64,000 nucleotides of DNA from Spirochaetota bacterium (GTDB taxonomy: Bacteria > Spirochaetota > UBA4802 > JAFGDQ01): NCBI GenBank assembly GCA_043803405.1, contig JAZDKB010000010.1, positions 64,001 to 128,000 of the forward strand. Direction: 5' to 3'. Position 1 is the first letter of the stretch; each line of letters begins with the position of its first letter. Positions 61,004-64,000 of the stretch are shown in pieces. The notes under the pieces were generated by a model. It was not told where the DNA came from. It was given only the letters and a program-made list of their open reading frames with translations, and made no database searches. The translations under genes were made by a program, and so were the position numbers.

Positions 61004-63819
61004 TTTTTTATTCTCCTTGAGGATTGCCTAATTGTTTTATTTTCATTGGATTTTTTTATACGAATAATTTGCCTTACAGATTTTCTATGTATTTTACCGA
61101 TTGCTTCCGATTCGTTTACTGCTGCCTGAGCAGCTGCAAGCCTTGCAATAGGTACTCTGAACGGCGAGCAGCTTACATAGTCAAATCCAGCCGTATGGCA
61201 GAAAGCAATTGAGACTGGTTCGCCCCCGTGCTCCCCGCATATCCCGAGTTTAAGGCTGCGTCTCTGCGAACGTCCTTTGGAAACAGCAATTTGCATAAGC
61301 TTGCCTACTCCGTCAATGTCGAGTATACTAAACGGATCATTCGGAACTATTTTTTTTTCAATATAATACGGCAAAAAACTGTTTGAGTCGTCCCTGCTAA
61401 AGCCGAATGTCATTTGGGTCAGGTCATTTGTGCCGAACGAAAAGAATTCGGCCTCGCGCGCTATCTCATCTGCCGTTATCGCTGCCCTTGGCACCTCTAT
61501 CATAGTACCTATATGATAATCGATCTTAACATTCATTTCTTTCATTACTTTTTCAGCAACGCTTACAATTAGTTTCTTTTGCAAAATAAGCTCATTAACA
61601 ATACTTACCAGCGGCACCATTATTTCCGGTTTTACTTTGACACCTTTTTTCTTTACTCTGCAGGCTGCTTCAAATATTGCACGCACCTGCATTTCCGTAA
61701 TCTCGGGATATGTTATACCGAGACGGCAGCCTCTGTGCCCCAGCATAGGATTGAACTCATGCAGGGATTCCACTTTTGCTTTAATTTCCTGCAGGGGAAT
61801 TCCCATTTCATCAGCCATTATTTGCTGATTCTCCTTTTCATGAGGAACAAATTCATGAAGCGGCGGGTCAAGAAGCCTTATTGTAACCGGGTAACCTTCC
61901 ATCTCTATAAATATTGCGAAAAAATCGTCTCTCTGCATAGGAAGAAGTTTTGCGAGTGCTTTTTTTCTCCCCTCGGGATTATCAGAGAGTATCATCTCAC
62001 GTACTGCTTTTATCCTGTCGCCTTCAAAAAACATATGTTCGGTGCGGCAAAGCCCTATGCCCTGCGCGCCGAAATTTCTTGCTATGCGCGCATCGTGCGG
62101 CCTGTCGGCATTGGTCCTTATTACAAGTTTTTTTAATTCATCCGCCCACTTCATTATTATACCGAAATCCCCTGAAAGGGTTGCTTCAACAGTCTTTACC
62201 TCTCCAAGCATAACCTCGCCGATCGATCCGTCCAGTGAAATATAATCTCCTTCTTTTATAATTAAGTCTTTAATTCTTATTTCTTTTTTTAAATAGTCGA
62301 TATCGAGTTCCCCGCAACCCGAAATACAGCATTTACCCATGCCGCGCGCCACTACAGCCGCGTGCGAAGTCTGTCCGCCGCGCTGGGTTAAAATACACTG
62401 GGCGACAGACATGCCTTTGAGGTCTTCGGGCGATGTTTCTATCCTTACAAGAATAACGCGCTCCCCCCGGCCGCTCCACACATAAGCGTCATCGGCATTG
62501 AAAACGACCCTGCCTGTAGCTGCTCCGGGAGATGCAGGCAGCCCTTTTGCGATTACTTTTCTTTCAGCTTTGGGATCGAATGTCGGGTGAAGAAGCTGGT
62601 CCAGCGAATCCGGCTGTATGCGCAGTATGGCTTGCCTTTTCGTTATCAATTTTTCGTTTACCATATCAACCGCTATTTTTACGGCTGCGGCCGCAGTTCT
62701 CTTACCGTTCCTCGTCTGAAGCATCCAGAGTTTTTTATCCTGAATAGTGAATTCAATATCCTGCATGTCTTTAAAATGCTTTTCAAGTTTTTTATATGCC
62801 TTAACAAGTTCGTTGAAGACTTCGGGCATATATTCTTCCAGTGAAGGATATTTTTTCTTCCGGTCATCTTCGGATATATTGCTGCTCTTTGCCCAGTCAC
62901 GTGAACCTGCAAGCGTTACCTGCTGGGGAGTTCTTATGCCTGCCACAACATCTTCGCCCTGGGCATTGATGAGATATTCGCCGTAAAATATTTTTTCGCC
63001 TGTAGCCGGATTTCTTGTGAATGCCACACCTGTAGCGCAATTCTCACCCATGTTGCCGAATACCATTGCCTGTACATTAACGGCAGTGCCCCAGCTTTCG
63101 TCAATATTGTTCATTTTTCTGTAGAGAATTGCCCTTTCATTATTCCATGAATCGAATACCGCTTTAATAGCTCTCCAGAGCTGTTCGTCCGGATCGCCGG
63201 AAAAAGCGGTTCCAAGCCTGTTTTTTATCAGATCTTTGAATCTCCCTGTAAGTTCCTTTAAGTCGTTCAGAGTAAGGTCAAGATCGGTTTTTGCACCCCT
63301 TTCTTTTTTAAGTTTATCCATTATTTCTTCAAAAGGATCTGTATCTTCCTTACGAAGCGGTTTTAAGCCCAGTACAACATCTCCGTACATCTGAATGAAC
63401 CTTCTGTACGAATCCCACGCGAATCTTTCATTGCCGGACTTTTTTATAATGCCTGCAAGCGTTTCGTCGTTAAGACCGAGGTTAAGCACAGTATCCATCA
63501 TACCGGGCATTGAAACGCGGGCGCCTGAACGCACGGAAAGCAATAGCGGATTTTCGGCATTACCGTACGTTCCCGCGCCCATTATTTTTTCAACATGTTT
63601 TATTGCTTTATCGACTTCCCCGGTAAATCCTTTTGGGAACATCCTGTTATTTTTAAAATAACTATTACAAACTTCAGTTGTAATAGTAAAACCGGCAGGA
63701 ACAGATATGCCAAGATTTGACATCTCGGCAAGGAAGGCGCCTTTTCCACCAAGAAGATTTTTCATTTGCGCATTTCCTTCTGCAATACGATTTCCGAACG
63801 TAAAAACGTTTTTTTTCAT
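61000..63819 (-). CDS. ppdK: Pyruvate, phosphate dikinase
   Basis: LLGGKGA, SVRSGA, SMPGMMDT, TSHAAVVARG, GLCRTEHMF, SFGTNDLTQ, GICGEHGG. Confidence 0.97.
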   Translation of the reverse strand: MKKNVFTFGNRIAEGNAQMKNLLGGKGAFLAEMSNLGISVPAGFTITTEVCNSYFKNNRMFPKGFTGEVDKAIKHVEKIMGAGTYGNAENPLLLSVRSGARVSMPGMMDTVLNLGLNDETLAGIIKKSGNERFAWDSYRRFIQMYGDVVLGLKPLRKEDTDPFEEIMDKLKKERGAKTDLDLTLNDLKELTGRFKDLIKNRLGTAFSGDPDEQLWRAIKAVFDSWNNERAILYRKMNNIDESWGTAVNVQAMVFGNMGENCATGVAFTRNPATGEKIFYGEYLINAQGEDVVAGIRTPQQVTLAGSRDWAKSSNISEDDRKKKYPSLEEYMPEVFNELVKAYKKLEKHFKDMQDIEFTIQDKKLWMLQTRNGKRTAAAAVKIAVDMVNEKLITKRQAILRIQPDSLDQLLHPTFDPKAERKVIAKGLPASPGAATGRVVFNADDAYVWSGRGERVILVRIETSPEDLKGMSVAQCILTQRGGQTSHAAVVARGMGKCCISGCGELDIDYLKKEIRIKDLIIKEGDYISLDGSIGEVMLGEVKTVEATLSGDFGIIMKWADELKKLVIRTNADRPHDARIARNFGAQGIGLCRTEHMFFEGDRIKAVREMILSDNPEGRKKALAKLLPMQRDDFFAIFIEMEGYPVTIRLLDPPLHEFVPHEKENQQIMADEMGIPLQEIKAKVESLHEFNPMLGHRGCRLGITYPEITEMQVRAIFEAACRVKKKGVKVKPEIMVPLVSIVNELILQKKLIVSVAEKVMKEMNVKIDYHIGTMIEVPRAAITADEIAREAEFFSFGTNDLTQMTFGFSRDDSNSFLPYYIEKKIVPNDPFSILDIDGVGKLMQIAVSKGRSQRRSLKLGICGEHGGEPVSIAFCHTAGFDYVSCSPFRVPIARLAAAQAAVNESEAIGKIHRKSVRQIIRIKKSNENKTIRQSSRRIKK

Positions 63820-63861
63820 ATTTAATAGATGTTATTAAAGATAATCGGGATTTATTGTTTC

Positions 63862-63899
63862 AAATAAGGATTTATATTATCACATATAAATCCTTATTT
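63862..63899. promoter_or_regulatory. Perfect 16-bp inverted repeat over the probable ppdK promoter
   Basis: AAATAAGGATTTATAT-TATCAC-ATATAAATCCTTATTT. Confidence 0.6.
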
Positions 63900-64000
63900 A
63901 CAAGAAAATTTTTTATATGAAGGCCGGTTTACATAAACAATGCAGGAGTTTAACAAAAATCATTATCCGGAATTTTATTTTCCCGTATATTTTTTTACTT

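Overview
A moderately AT-rich window of bacterial chromosome, probably from a free-living anaerobic spirochaete. That assignment is inferred from the 51-aa L34 with an LTVSD tail, the rpmH-mnmE cluster detached from dnaA, the stand-alone DbpA domain and a spirochaete-like lipobox. Housekeeping content includes rnpB, thiGH, rsmD, ogg, pgi, tal, pncAB, rpmH-rnpA-yidD-yidC-jag-mnmE, uppP and ppdK. Stress defence is extensive: a PerR-like regulator with rbr-dfx-copZ-copA-(flavoprotein/ArsC fusion)-rubredoxin-fprA-nitroreductase, plus katG and hcpR-hcp-ferredoxin. No prophage, transposase, integrase, tRNA, rRNA or CRISPR array was seen. The most notable unexplained signals are: a solitary 58-bp integron attC-like site just downstream of katG; four GTAG-type REP palindromes with locus-specific extended stems, two of which contain a gene's stop codon; a 127-bp palindromic MITE-like or RNA element between pncA and pncB; an orphan ACP plus fused KS-CLF pair; a switch-like RNA structure upstream of jag; and a stand-alone DbpA RNA-binding domain overlapping a methyltransferase. 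All protein calls rest on motif recognition by eye; no searches were run.
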